Program-made: the position numbers and the translations under genes
NCBI GenBank assembly: GCA_963798485.1
Contig: CAWCTR010000002.1
Span: forward strand, 1 to 64,000
Source: an uncultured delta proteobacterium
GTDB lineage: Bacteria > Desulfobacterota > Desulfomonilia > UBA1062
DNA length: 64,000 nucleotides
Direction: 5' to 3'
In this document: in pieces, positions 10,934 to 20,129 of the stretch
Layout of the letters: every line of letters starts with the position of its first letter
Position numbering within the stretch: position 1 is the stretch's first letter
The notes under the pieces: model-generated
Told to the model about the DNA's origin: nothing
The model's database searches: none
The model's input: only the letters and a program-made list of their open reading frames with translations

Positions 10934-11533
10934 TCAGATATCTTCACCCACCTGATACCGAACGAATCGTCTTACCAGGCACTTTTCTCCGGTTTTTGCC
11001 ATTAATTCATCCAAGAGTTGCTTTATGGTCCTGTCCTGATCCTTCACAAAAGGCTGGTCTATAAGACAACGCTCGGAGTAGAATTTGGTGAGCTTGCCTT
11101 CTACGATCTTCTCTATCACCTTCTCGGGCTTGCCTGTCTTGAGCGCCTGATCTTTGAGGATTTCTTTTTCTTTATCAAGGACCTGTTGCGGCACTTCATC
11201 CCTGGTAACCCACTCGGGGTTTGCAGCAGCGATCTGCATGGAAACGTCTTTGACGAAGTTGTTGAAGTCATCCGACTTTGCAACAAAATCACTCTCGCAG
11301 TTCACCTCTACAAGCACGCCGATCTTCCCGCCCATATGGATGTATGCAGCCACCGTACCCTGGCCGGCTTGCCTGCCGGAGCGTTTGTTGGCAACATCAA
11401 TGCCTTTCTTCCTGAGGGCCTCCACTGCCTTTTCAAAATCCCCATTCGTCTCTTCAAGGGCCTTCTTACAGTCCATCATGCCGACGCCGGTCTTATCTCT
11501 GAGTTTTTTTACCACATCCGATGTTATCTGCAC
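10934..11533 (-). CDS. tsf: Translation elongation factor Ts (short form)
   Basis: LRDKTGVGMMDCKKAL and EVNCESDFVA. Confidence 0.98.
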   Translation of the reverse strand: MQITSDVVKKLRDKTGVGMMDCKKALEETNGDFEKAVEALRKKGIDVANKRSGRQAGQGTVAAYIHMGGKIGVLVEVNCESDFVAKSDDFNNFVKDVSMQIAAANPEWVTRDEVPQQVLDKEKEILKDQALKTGKPEKVIEKIVEGKLTKFYSERCLIDQPFVKDQDRTIKQLLDELMAKTGEKCLVRRFVRYQVGEDI

Positions 11534-11554
11534 TCTCTACCTCCAACAACGTTT

Positions 11555-12445
11555 CTATGCTGATTCTTCCTCGCCGGTGGGGTTCACGGACTCTGCCGTT
11601 ATCTCAGCATCCTTTACCTTCGCCGGCTTGCTGTCTTTAACGATGATCTCGATCTCATGCTCAAGCCCCTTGCCCATAACCTCGGTGGAAGCAGCCTTCT
11701 GCTTGGTCTGGACCTTCTCATCGGCCGTGGCCTCTTTTACCTCGGTGGCCAGCTTTTCCTGCCAGAGCTGGCCGCCCTGATCCACTGCATCCGCTATCTT
11801 GGAGGTAAACAGCCTGATAGCCCTTATGGCATCGTCATTACCGGGAATGACATAGTCGATGAGCGTGGGATCGCAGTTGGTATCTACAATGGCGACTATG
11901 GGTATCTTCAGCTTCTTGGCCTCCCGGACCGCTATATACTCACGAGAGGGGTCAACAATGAAAAGGACATCAGGAAGACCGCCCAAATCCTTTATCCCAT
12001 GGAGCGAGCGCTCCAGCTTCATCTTGTGGCGCTTCATCATGATCTGTTCCTTCTTGGGATAGTTCTCGATATTGCTGTTATCGATGATTGATTCAAGCCA
12101 CTTGAGCTTGTCCACGCTCTTGCGGATGGTGGTGAAATTTGTGAGTGTGCCGCCGAGCCAGCGGTAATTCACGTAAAAGGCCCCTACCCTCTGGGATTCT
12201 TCCTCGATGGCGTCCTGTGCCTGTTTCTTGGTGCCTACGAACAAGACCTTGCCGCCGTTGGCAGCTGTTTCACGGATAACATCGCATGCCTTTTCGAAGA
12301 GCTTTTCGGTCTTCTGGAGATCGATGATATGGATGCCGTTACGTGAACCGAAAATGTAGGGTTTCATCTTTGGATTCCACCTCGGTGTCTGATGACCGAA
12401 ATGAACACCAGCCTCGAGCAGCTGTTTCATGGTGACGACTGACAT
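11555..12445 (-). CDS. rpsB: 30S ribosomal protein S2
   Basis: [30 protein letters not shown]. Confidence 0.99.
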   Translation of the reverse strand: MSVVTMKQLLEAGVHFGHQTPRWNPKMKPYIFGSRNGIHIIDLQKTEKLFEKACDVIRETAANGGKVLFVGTKKQAQDAIEEESQRVGAFYVNYRWLGGTLTNFTTIRKSVDKLKWLESIIDNSNIENYPKKEQIMMKRHKMKLERSLHGIKDLGGLPDVLFIVDPSREYIAVREAKKLKIPIVAIVDTNCDPTLIDYVIPGNDDAIRAIRLFTSKIADAVDQGGQLWQEKLATEVKEATADEKVQTKQKAASTEVMGKGLEHEIEIIVKDSKPAKVKDAEITAESVNPTGEEESA

Positions 12446-12540
12446 GTACTACCTCCTTGGTTTTTCCTCCGCCCTACAAGGCTGATCCTTGGTTTGCAAG
12501 GACACCTCAGACCTTGTTATACTACGGGGCGTGTGTGCTG
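12446..12540 (-). promoter_or_regulatory. Probable rpsB (S2) autoregulatory leader
   Basis: 5' UTR starts CACACACGCCCC, contains GC-rich stems and GGCGGAGGAAAAACC before the SD, resembling S2 leaders. Confidence 0.55.
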
Positions 12541-12580
12541 GTTGAGCCATTTACCATACAAGAATCATGGTTTCAAGGGC

Positions 12581-13144
12581 TTAATGCTGTAACTTGAAAA
12601 GAACTGACAATTTTTTGAATAAATCCGTTCCGGCCTTTTCCATAAACATGAAGGCGATTGTCTCGGTGGGATATACGAGCACCCCGAGACGCACCATGGC
12701 ATCGAGCGAGGTCCCCCTGTCATGCGCCCTTCTGGAGCAGACAGCATCACCGGCAATAACAACGCAATAGCCGTCATTAAAAAGGTCAATCGCGGTCTGC
12801 ATGACACACACATGCGTCTCAATGCCGATAATGACAGCCGTCTTCCTGCCTGTTGATTTAATGGCCTTCTTTATCCCCTCATCCCTATAGCAGCTGAAGA
12901 AGAGCTTCTCATGCCTGCGTATGCCCTCAAGGTGTCCTGCCGCATCAGCTATGGTCGGTCCCAGCCCCTTGGGGTATTGCTCGGACACAATAATCGGGAT
13001 CTGACATGACTTGGCCGTCTCTATGAGGATCACACTATTCTTAACATAGGTTTCCTTGAGTTGGTCTTCCATGGCGGCATGGAGCCTCTCCTGGATGTCT
13101 ACTACAATGAGAAAACATTCATCTTTTTTAAGAAATGCACTCAA
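12581..13144 (-). CDS. Isochorismatase family hydrolase
   Basis: VVDIQERL, EQYPKGLG, GIETHVCV; TTG start after GGAGG. Confidence 0.9.
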   Translation of the reverse strand: MSAFLKKDECFLIVVDIQERLHAAMEDQLKETYVKNSVILIETAKSCQIPIIVSEQYPKGLGPTIADAAGHLEGIRRHEKLFFSCYRDEGIKKAIKSTGRKTAVIIGIETHVCVMQTAIDLFNDGYCVVIAGDAVCSRRAHDRGTSLDAMVRLGVLVYPTETIAFMFMEKAGTDLFKKLSVLFKLQH

Positions 13145-13257
13145 GAATACCTCCATCATGACCTTTTTATGTTAAGCCCTACCGGCCCTGTCAATGGACT
13201 TCTCTACCGGATGGGGAAGTTGCCGGTCAATGGCAAATTATTCATAAGAGATAGGAA

Positions 13258-13929
13258 TTATTTGCAGAGATACCCGAGCAGGTCCCTTGGATCATCCAGG
13301 AGAATCCTTGCACCGTTATTTATCAACTGTTGCTTATCCTGGTAACCCCATAAGGCGCCGAACGCTGCCATACCGGCCCTGCCGGCAGTCTCCATGTCGA
13401 TATCGCTGTCGCCTACAAAGATGCAGTGCCGCGGGTCTGCTCCCATACGGTCCGCACAAATACGGGCACCGGTCGGATCGGGCTTTCTAGGGATATCCGG
13501 GGAAAGACCCCTTACTTCGGCAAATTTCCAGTAGGGCAGCAATGAGGCGGCCATAGCCTTGGTAAATGAATCGAGCTTGTTGGAAAGGATGGAGAGCGCC
13601 ATGCCCCTTTCCGTCAGGCCATCGAGCAATTCGGGGATACCGGGAAAAGGCCTTGATTTGACAGACCACCGAACGTTGTATTCCTCCTTCATGAGATCCA
13701 CACTCCGGGCAATGGTATGGGCGGTGCGTTGCCCCTCAGGCAGCGACCTCTCGGCCAGGACCTCTATCCCGTCCCCCACGAACGCCCGATAACTGCTTAC
13801 CGGATGTACAGGAAATCCGAGACTATTTAATACCGCGTTCATGGAGTCGGCAATGTCCTCAATGGTGTCGAGCAAGGTGCCGTCCATGTCAAAGATCACG
13901 GCCTGATACTTATTCTCAAAGTGGTTCAT
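13258..13929 (-). CDS. HAD family hydrolase (phosphoglycolate phosphatase-like)
   Basis: FDMDGTLLDT, KPDP, VGDSDID. Confidence 0.9.
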   Translation of the reverse strand: MNHFENKYQAVIFDMDGTLLDTIEDIADSMNAVLNSLGFPVHPVSSYRAFVGDGIEVLAERSLPEGQRTAHTIARSVDLMKEEYNVRWSVKSRPFPGIPELLDGLTERGMALSILSNKLDSFTKAMAASLLPYWKFAEVRGLSPDIPRKPDPTGARICADRMGADPRHCIFVGDSDIDMETAGRAGMAAFGALWGYQDKQQLINNGARILLDDPRDLLGYLCK

Positions 13930-14160
13930 AGCGACAGAATACAGAATCCAGGGGCCGGAATCCAGATGAAAGGTAAATCTCTGTTTTCTCCGTGACTTTC
14001 CTTATCATGGATACCCCTACTCCCCATAATCCTTATGCATCATCTTTCACCATGATTCCGTTCAATCTAAGGGAGTGTCATTTCTAAGTCATTGAATATG
14101 GTCAAACGGGGTTTGGTAAAATATAAAACAGGGTCACAATGGAAATGGAGCTTAATGAGA

Positions 14161-14835
14161 GTCGAGTAGCCCGGGGGAATCTCACCCCCAGGCCCTCACA
14201 GAACCGGACGTGAGACTCTCACCTCATCCGGCTCCTGCCGTCCAGTCATCAGTAAAGAACATGACGACTTTACCTTATCCATAAGCTCCTCCCATTGCTG
14301 GTTGACTCACGAACAAGGTCGGACAGCTCAGCCCCTTCGCTCCATCCGCATTACCGGACTTCATCACTACTACGGACTGATCCGCCCCTGCGCTCTGCAT
14401 CGGTACTCTCGTCTTCATGGGTCCTCCACTTCAACTTGTCCCTTAGCATCAGAGCGCCAGGTTCCCACGTTCCGCATGAAAGCCCAAACCAGGCTCGCGC
14501 CACCTTTCTGCCGGCCACCATCTGGGCAGTAAACAGGTTCCCCCCAGACTCTGTCCCGGACCCGATAAAGTAGCCCGGTTTCGATGACGTCTTTAACTTT
14601 TCGACAGCTCATCAGTGGTTCACTCTCGTTCGCCTTCCTGGTCCTCACCTGCCGAGGTCTTGCCTCGACTTTTCCTGAACCGCTCACCACCTGGGATCTT
14701 ATCCCCACGCAGCGTCAGGCGGTTTGGGATCTGATCCTGTAACCCGATCCCGAGGGGCCTCCCCTCATCTCCCATGCAGCATGGCTGCTCCAATGTAGCC
14801 TTTGCAGACTACCTCTTCGCGCCTTCGTGGCGCAC
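14161..14835 (-). mobile_element. Group II intron (IIB-like) with intron-encoded protein ORF deleted
   Basis: 5' end GTGCGCCACG; domains V/VI GAGCCGGATGAGGTGAGAGTCTCACGTCCGGTTC...GGGCTACTCGAC; EBS1 TTTATCG (14563-14569) complements IBS1 CGATAAA; EBS2 AGTTA (14594-14598) complements IBS2 TAACT. Confidence 0.93.
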
Positions 14836-14848
14836 TTTATCGCAGTTA

Positions 14849-15110
14849 TCAGGGGAGATGGAGAGAAAAGACCTCTTTTGCCTCTCCAATTTTTTCCTGA
14901 AGCAATCTGAGATGGTAATTCACCCGGATCCGGGTGATCTTGAGTATACCATAGACATTCTCTATATCACCTTCGACTTCTGCCCAGTATTTATCCTCAG
15001 GTGTGGGAATCTTTTTCCCGGCCAGTATCGTGGCCAGTGTTCCCATCATTCAGGTAGCAACTGCTGCTACGATATGATCAAGGGTCGCAGCGTGCTCCTT
15101 TCAGGTTCGA
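14849..15110 (-). pseudogene. Truncated OsmC-family (seleno)protein remnant
   Basis: EHAATLDHIVAAVAT-[TGA 15050-15052]-MMGTLA...EGDIENVYGILKITRIRVNYHL; upstream frameshift, N-terminus and C-terminal CP motif missing. Confidence 0.7.
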
Positions 15111-15213
15111 CTCTTTCAACATCATGGATCGCGTGGCTAATCTCGATTACGCCAGGCTCCATAAGAACCACCATGTCTCCCTGACAATTCTTAGCGAACA
15201 ACAAGCACTCGTT

Positions 15214-15867
15214 TTATTTCTGAACACCAGCCTTTTTGTAATACTCATCCTTTTTTACCATCTCTCTGATCCCCTTCAGTGATTTGAAAGGTATATCCAC
15301 AGCCATGAAATTTACAAGCGAAACAGGTATATTCCCTCCAAGATCGGATCTATTCGTGAAGGCCACGGTCGTTTTATTTTTATTAATCCTTGTAAGAACA
15401 TAACCCCCACCGATATCCAACATACGGACATAATCTTTATTCCGCGGCACTATACCGTCAGAGTCCTTGATGTAGTTGAGCGAGATGGTATGTTCAACTT
15501 TTTCCGGGGAATCATAATTTAAGGTATAAAATACCACATCCCTGTCCGCCACAGGCCAGCCGGGGCTGATGACCAAATAGACGACTGAATTATTTTTTTC
15601 ATCCCTTTTGATCAACCGGCTTTCCTTGCAGTTTGGAAACCACTTGGTGTATGATGGGAGGTCTTTAAGGACCTCAAGAACGACCTCCCAGGGAGCATCA
15701 ACATCGCAGACTCCTTTGAAGATAGCAAAATCTTTACCTTGAGGATCTTTCATTGTGTATACCTTTATTCCACCCGACTCTTTAGCAAGTTTCCATTGGT
15801 CTTCAGCATGTACATCGATGCAGAGGAGAAAGACCATTGCCATGAGAAATACTACTGTTTTTTTCAT
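15214..15867 (-). CDS. Secreted START (lipid-binding) domain protein
   Basis: Signal peptide MKKTVVFLMAMVFLLCIDVHA; WKLAKESGGIKVY, WPVADRD, DLGGNIP. Confidence 0.85.
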   Translation of the reverse strand: MKKTVVFLMAMVFLLCIDVHAEDQWKLAKESGGIKVYTMKDPQGKDFAIFKGVCDVDAPWEVVLEVLKDLPSYTKWFPNCKESRLIKRDEKNNSVVYLVISPGWPVADRDVVFYTLNYDSPEKVEHTISLNYIKDSDGIVPRNKDYVRMLDIGGGYVLTRINKNKTTVAFTNRSDLGGNIPVSLVNFMAVDIPFKSLKGIREMVKKDEYYKKAGVQK

Positions 15868-16262
15868 GAATACCTCCTGCGTGTAGAGTGGATTACATTC
15901 TTCGGTAGTTCCATTTATCGGGTGGTGACGGTTCGCATCCACCTTCAATCTTACATTAAATGATTCTTTAAGGATCTGCAAAGAGAAAGCTGCCTAAAGG
16001 CTTTCGACTATCTCAATCTTTAACGTCAACCGTTGACTGTAAGGCAATATGCTGCTAAAATATTTAAAACCATAGATGATGTGCCAGGTGCAACGCTCTG
16101 GTATAACGAATCTTACTTCATATGTTTCAAACCAAGATCTTCGGTTCCCAGGCATCATAACCAAAAATAAACCGAAGTGATATCCACCCGAGCCGTTTTT
16201 TTTGTGAATATGCCTTTATGCGATAGTCAGTTTACTCCGGATGAATTCCTTATAACTCATCC

Positions 16263-16318
16263 TTGACTTAAAATTTATTCAGCTTATATTAACACTGTTC
16301 ACTGAACGGCGTTAATAT
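16263..16318 (+). promoter_or_regulatory. Sigma70-like promoter with overlapping palindromic operator
   Basis: TTGACT-16-TATATT; 33-bp imperfect palindrome ATATTAACACTGTTCACTGAACGGCGTTAATAT at 16286-16318. Confidence 0.6.
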
Positions 16319-16344
16319 CTATTAGAAGAAATGAAGAGGGCCTT

Positions 16345-16995
16345 ATGCCAAAGGCTGCCTGGACCCGGGATAAGATAAACAACACCAAGGAAAAGATCCT
16401 CGATGTGGCCCTTGCGCTGATTATCGAAGAAGGATTCAATAAGCTGAGCATGCGCAAAATAGCATCGCGGCTTGGTATCACAGCAGCAAATATTTATAAC
16501 TACTTTTCCAGCAAGGACGAGATCAATCTCATGATCAGGATCAGGGGATTTGAGATGCTCTTTTCCATGCTCTCAAAGGAATCAGGTAAGAAAACCGCTC
16601 TTACAAACAAAATAAAGGCCCTGGTCTGGGCCTATGTCAATTTCGGCATCACCTACCCAGGCTATTATGACCTCATGTTCAACCTCCACACGCCCAAGTA
16701 TATCGACTACATAGGCACCGCGCTGGAACCTGTGGCAGCCTTTGAGAAGGCAACTGCCATGAAAAACTTCCATCTCAGCGCCGGCATCATCAAAGAGCTG
16801 ATGGGTGCGGGAGATAATCATGAAGCCCTGATCCGCGACATCAACATCCAGTTGTGGTCCGACCTGCACGGCATCATCAGCCTTTTCAACAGCCATGTCC
16901 TTGCCGAGGTTGATGAAAACAGCAAAGATGCCCTCCAGAGAAGGGTCGATAATCTTATTGAACGGCTTACCACAGTGAAACACGCATTCACATGA
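16345..16995 (+). CDS. TetR/AcrR family transcriptional regulator
   Basis: HTH LSMRKIASRLGITAANIYNYFSSKDEI; WSDLHG C-terminal motif. Confidence 0.93.
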   Translation: MPKAAWTRDKINNTKEKILDVALALIIEEGFNKLSMRKIASRLGITAANIYNYFSSKDEINLMIRIRGFEMLFSMLSKESGKKTALTNKIKALVWAYVNFGITYPGYYDLMFNLHTPKYIDYIGTALEPVAAFEKATAMKNFHLSAGIIKELMGAGDNHEALIRDINIQLWSDLHGIISLFNSHVLAEVDENSKDALQRRVDNLIERLTTVKHAFT

Positions 16996-17024
16996 CATAA
17001 ATCCATACCTTAGGGGGGTGTACC

Positions 17025-20021
17025 ATGATGTTAGAGAAAGCCGGACAGGAACACGTCAGGAAGACATCCACCAATATCATGATCCACATGCTGCTTCGCC
17101 TCATGTCAGCCGGTTACAACCTGTGGGGCCCTTTGAATGCCTATTTGAAAAGCGACATGGGGTGGATCAATTTTTCGCTGGGCATACGAACGGAAAACGA
17201 TTCCGTTACGGCGGGCATCATCTTTCATGAAGGTACTGTTACGGTGAAAGGTTCCATCCCCGAAAAGGCCGATGTGATTCTGCACTTCAGCACGGACAAG
17301 GCAGTAAAAAAACTGCTTTCCGCCACACCCACGGAGCAGATCTTCATGATGCTCAAGAGCGAGCTCAGGTTCGAGGGCAACGCCTCGTACCTCAATCTGT
17401 TCTTCTTCCTCCTGTCCGTGCTCATCAACAAGAAGCAGAAAACCCTCATGGAAAAAGAGAGGGCAACTGATAAGAAAAACCTTTTAAAGGAATCGCCTAT
17501 AGCGAGGACCGATCTGAGCAACGAGATCCGTGCGCGTAGCGCGTACGGCATGAAGGCCGAGTCCGTTGATCCGGGTGTAAGTTATCTCAAGGAGCCCTAC
17601 CTGTCCATGTACTCACTGAAAGACTTCCCCCGGGTAAAGGAATTTCTGGATATTCACCTGACCTTAAGGCCCGAGGTCTGCCACGAGCTGCCCAAGCTCA
17701 TCACTGACTGGCACAAGGCCTTTGGCTTTGAAACGGACCGTGATGGCAAGCCCTGGGTCCCCATTACAAGAAAGGCCCTTGCCTTCAAGAACTTCCTGGA
17801 AAACAAGAAACCCATTATACGGGAAAACGACCTCATCGCCGGCACCACGACCACCAAGGACATCGGCGTGGTGGTATATCCCGAAGGCCATGGAACCATG
17901 ATCTGGTCCGAGCTGCTCACCCTGCCCTACCGGACGCTCAACCCGGCAGACCTCTCGGAAGAAACCATGAAGATCCTGCACCATGAGGTCTTCCCCTACT
18001 GGGCAAACCGGAACTTCAAGGAGTGGGTGCGTGATAAATTTGGCAATCCCCTATGCCAGAAGATCGACGAGCGCTTTGCCGTGTACTTCAACTGGAAGCA
18101 GGCCACCATATCCCACACCATCCCCGACTTTCCCAAGATCATGGGGCTGGGCACCAAGGGCATGATGGAAGAGATCCGCTCAGAACTGGCTTCCGGGGCT
18201 TGCGACGAAGAAAAGGGGGCAACACTTAATGCTATGATCCTCTGCCTTGAAGGACTCACAATCTATTCGAAGAACTTGGCAAAACAGGCATTAAGCAATG
18301 CCGGGGCGCAAACCGATCCCGCACGCAGGATGGAGCTGATGAAGCTTGCCGAAATCTGCTCTCAGGTGGTGGAAAACCCTGCCCGGACCCTGGACGAAGC
18401 GGTGAACGCCGTGTGGATCACCTGGGTTGCCCTCCACCAGGAGAGCACCAATGCCGGGCTCTCGCTGGGAAGGCTCGACCAATGGTTCCAGCCCTACTTT
18501 GCAGCCGACATGTCCAAGCTGACCACCGATGCAGAGCGTGACGAATACATCCGGCACGCCATCGAGCTTATCGGGTGTTTTTATATGCGCTGCACCGACC
18601 ATCTGCCGCTGACACCCGACCTGGCCAACTTTTACTTCGGCGGCAGCTCCTCGGACCAGGCCATCACCTTGGGTGGCGTTACCCCTGAGGGCGAAGATGC
18701 CGTGTGCGACATGACCTACATCTTCCTCAAGGTGACAGAGATGCTCAGCATCCGCGACCCCAATGTGAATGCACGCTTCCACCCCGGCATCAACAGCGAC
18801 ACCTATTTGAAGCGGCTCTGCGAGGTGAACCTCATCACCGCCGCCACCCCGTCCATGCACAATGACGAGGTGGTAATGGGCTCTTTGAAGAAATTCAACT
18901 ACGACATCAAAGACCTGCGCAACTGGTCGGCAACCGGCTGCGTTGAGCCGACGCTCTCGTGCAAACACATCGGCCACACCAACATGCAGATGATGAACAT
19001 GGTGGCTGCCCTGGAGATGGCCATGAATAACGGCTTGCACCCCGTGATGAACTGGAAGCTTGGGCCTGATACCGGCAGGATAGAAAACGGTTCGTTCAAA
19101 ACATTCGATGACTTCTTCGATGCCTTCACCACACAGTTCGCCTTCATCATCGACCAGTCCATCGAGTACAACCATATGCTTGCCCGGGCCCACCAGGAGC
19201 TGCGCCCTACCCCGCTGCTCTCTTCGCTCATCGGCGGCTGCATCGGCAAAGGAAAGGATGTCACCAAAGGGGGTGCGGTGTACAACAGCTCGGGTGCAGC
19301 CATTATCGGACTGGCGGATGTGACGGATTCCCTCATGGTCATCAAGAAGCTCGTGTTCGAAGAAAAAAAGGTAACCTTTGAAGAGCTGAAAAGGGCAGTG
19401 GATACCAATTTCAAGAATAATCCCGCCCTCTATGCTTTGGTGACCAAGAAGGTGCCCCTGTTCGGCTCCGGCAGCGATGAGGCCGTTGCCATGGCCAACC
19501 GTGTTACCAAGTGGGCCCATGACCATTACTACGGCCTGGAGCATTACCGGGGAGGGAAATATACCGTGGGCTTCTGGTCCATGTCCAACCATGTGATCTT
19601 CGGGAACCTCACCGGCGCCCTGCCGTCAGGGCGGCTTGCAGGCAAACCCTTCACACCCGGGCTCACCCCCCAGCCCTGCGCGTCGAGGAACCTGCTGGAC
19701 AATATAAAGGACGTGGCCAGGCTGGATGCGGCCAACATCACCAACAACATCGCCTTCAATGTCAAGGTGGTCCCGTCGGCCCATGACACCCGCGAGAAGA
19801 CGGTCAATGACATGTTCTCCTATGCCAAGACCTACTTCCAGCTGGGCGGCATGCAGATGCAGATGAATGTTGTAACAACGGAAACGCTCCGGGACGCCAT
19901 GGCCCACCCCGAGAACTACCGGAACCTGCTGGTGCGCATATCCGGGTATAACGCCTATTTCGTCACACTCAACAGGGATATGCAGCTTGAGCTCATCGAA
20001 CGTGCAGAGTATGGGATATGA
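17025..20021 (+). CDS. Glycyl radical enzyme (PFL superfamily, eliminase-type motif) with N-terminal SCP2-like extension
   Basis: Cys loop ATGCVEP, Gly loop LVRISGYNAYF, GRLDQ; 998 aa with ~150-200 extra N-terminal residues. Confidence 0.92.
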   Translation: MMLEKAGQEHVRKTSTNIMIHMLLRLMSAGYNLWGPLNAYLKSDMGWINFSLGIRTENDSVTAGIIFHEGTVTVKGSIPEKADVILHFSTDKAVKKLLSATPTEQIFMMLKSELRFEGNASYLNLFFFLLSVLINKKQKTLMEKERATDKKNLLKESPIARTDLSNEIRARSAYGMKAESVDPGVSYLKEPYLSMYSLKDFPRVKEFLDIHLTLRPEVCHELPKLITDWHKAFGFETDRDGKPWVPITRKALAFKNFLENKKPIIRENDLIAGTTTTKDIGVVVYPEGHGTMIWSELLTLPYRTLNPADLSEETMKILHHEVFPYWANRNFKEWVRDKFGNPLCQKIDERFAVYFNWKQATISHTIPDFPKIMGLGTKGMMEEIRSELASGACDEEKGATLNAMILCLEGLTIYSKNLAKQALSNAGAQTDPARRMELMKLAEICSQVVENPARTLDEAVNAVWITWVALHQESTNAGLSLGRLDQWFQPYFAADMSKLTTDAERDEYIRHAIELIGCFYMRCTDHLPLTPDLANFYFGGSSSDQAITLGGVTPEGEDAVCDMTYIFLKVTEMLSIRDPNVNARFHPGINSDTYLKRLCEVNLITAATPSMHNDEVVMGSLKKFNYDIKDLRNWSATGCVEPTLSCKHIGHTNMQMMNMVAALEMAMNNGLHPVMNWKLGPDTGRIENGSFKTFDDFFDAFTTQFAFIIDQSIEYNHMLARAHQELRPTPLLSSLIGGCIGKGKDVTKGGAVYNSSGAAIIGLADVTDSLMVIKKLVFEEKKVTFEELKRAVDTNFKNNPALYALVTKKVPLFGSGSDEAVAMANRVTKWAHDHYYGLEHYRGGKYTVGFWSMSNHVIFGNLTGALPSGRLAGKPFTPGLTPQPCASRNLLDNIKDVARLDAANITNNIAFNVKVVPSAHDTREKTVNDMFSYAKTYFQLGGMQMQMNVVTTETLRDAMAHPENYRNLLVRISGYNAYFVTLNRDMQLELIERAEYGI

Positions 20022-20026
20022 CAATA

Positions 20027-20126
20027 CAGTATTCAGTAGTCAGTATTCAGTATCCAGGATTAGAAAAACTGGATTAAGGATATTTACCATGATTCTGACT
20101 ACTGGATCCTGGATACTGGATACTGA
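20027..20126. repeat. Inverted heptamer repeat array (CAGTAT-like units) able to form a long hairpin
   Basis: cagtatt cagtagt cagtatt cagtatc caggatt ... ctgactactggatcctggatactggatactga. Confidence 0.8.
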
Positions 20127-20129
20127 GTT

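Noticed and set aside
10934-11533. Short EF-Ts as a truncation
   Set aside because: ~200-aa EF-Ts is a known normal form in several bacterial lineages.
14295-14708. ORFs 14295-14573, 14302-14532 and 14415-14708
   Set aside because: They are translations of structured intron RNA and have no RT motifs (no YADD).
15870-16260. Possible riboswitch in the START-tetR intergenic region
   Set aside because: Only a small hairpin near 15921-15945; no riboswitch consensus recognised. An Rfam scan would settle it.
18291-19592. 433-aa antisense ORF and similar long shadow ORFs (31228-32172, 53277-54041, 62578-63744)
   Set aside because: They lie opposite well-supported genes, as expected from GC-rich codon bias, and show no recognisable motifs.
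17025-20021. Annotation as pyruvate formate-lyase or alkyl/benzylsuccinate synthase
   Set aside because: Lacks the adjacent CC pair of PFL; no small Cys-rich beta/gamma subunit genes of fumarate-adding enzymes.
20027-20126. Short repeats as a possible CRISPR array
   Set aside because: 7-bp degenerate units with no spacers and no cas genes.
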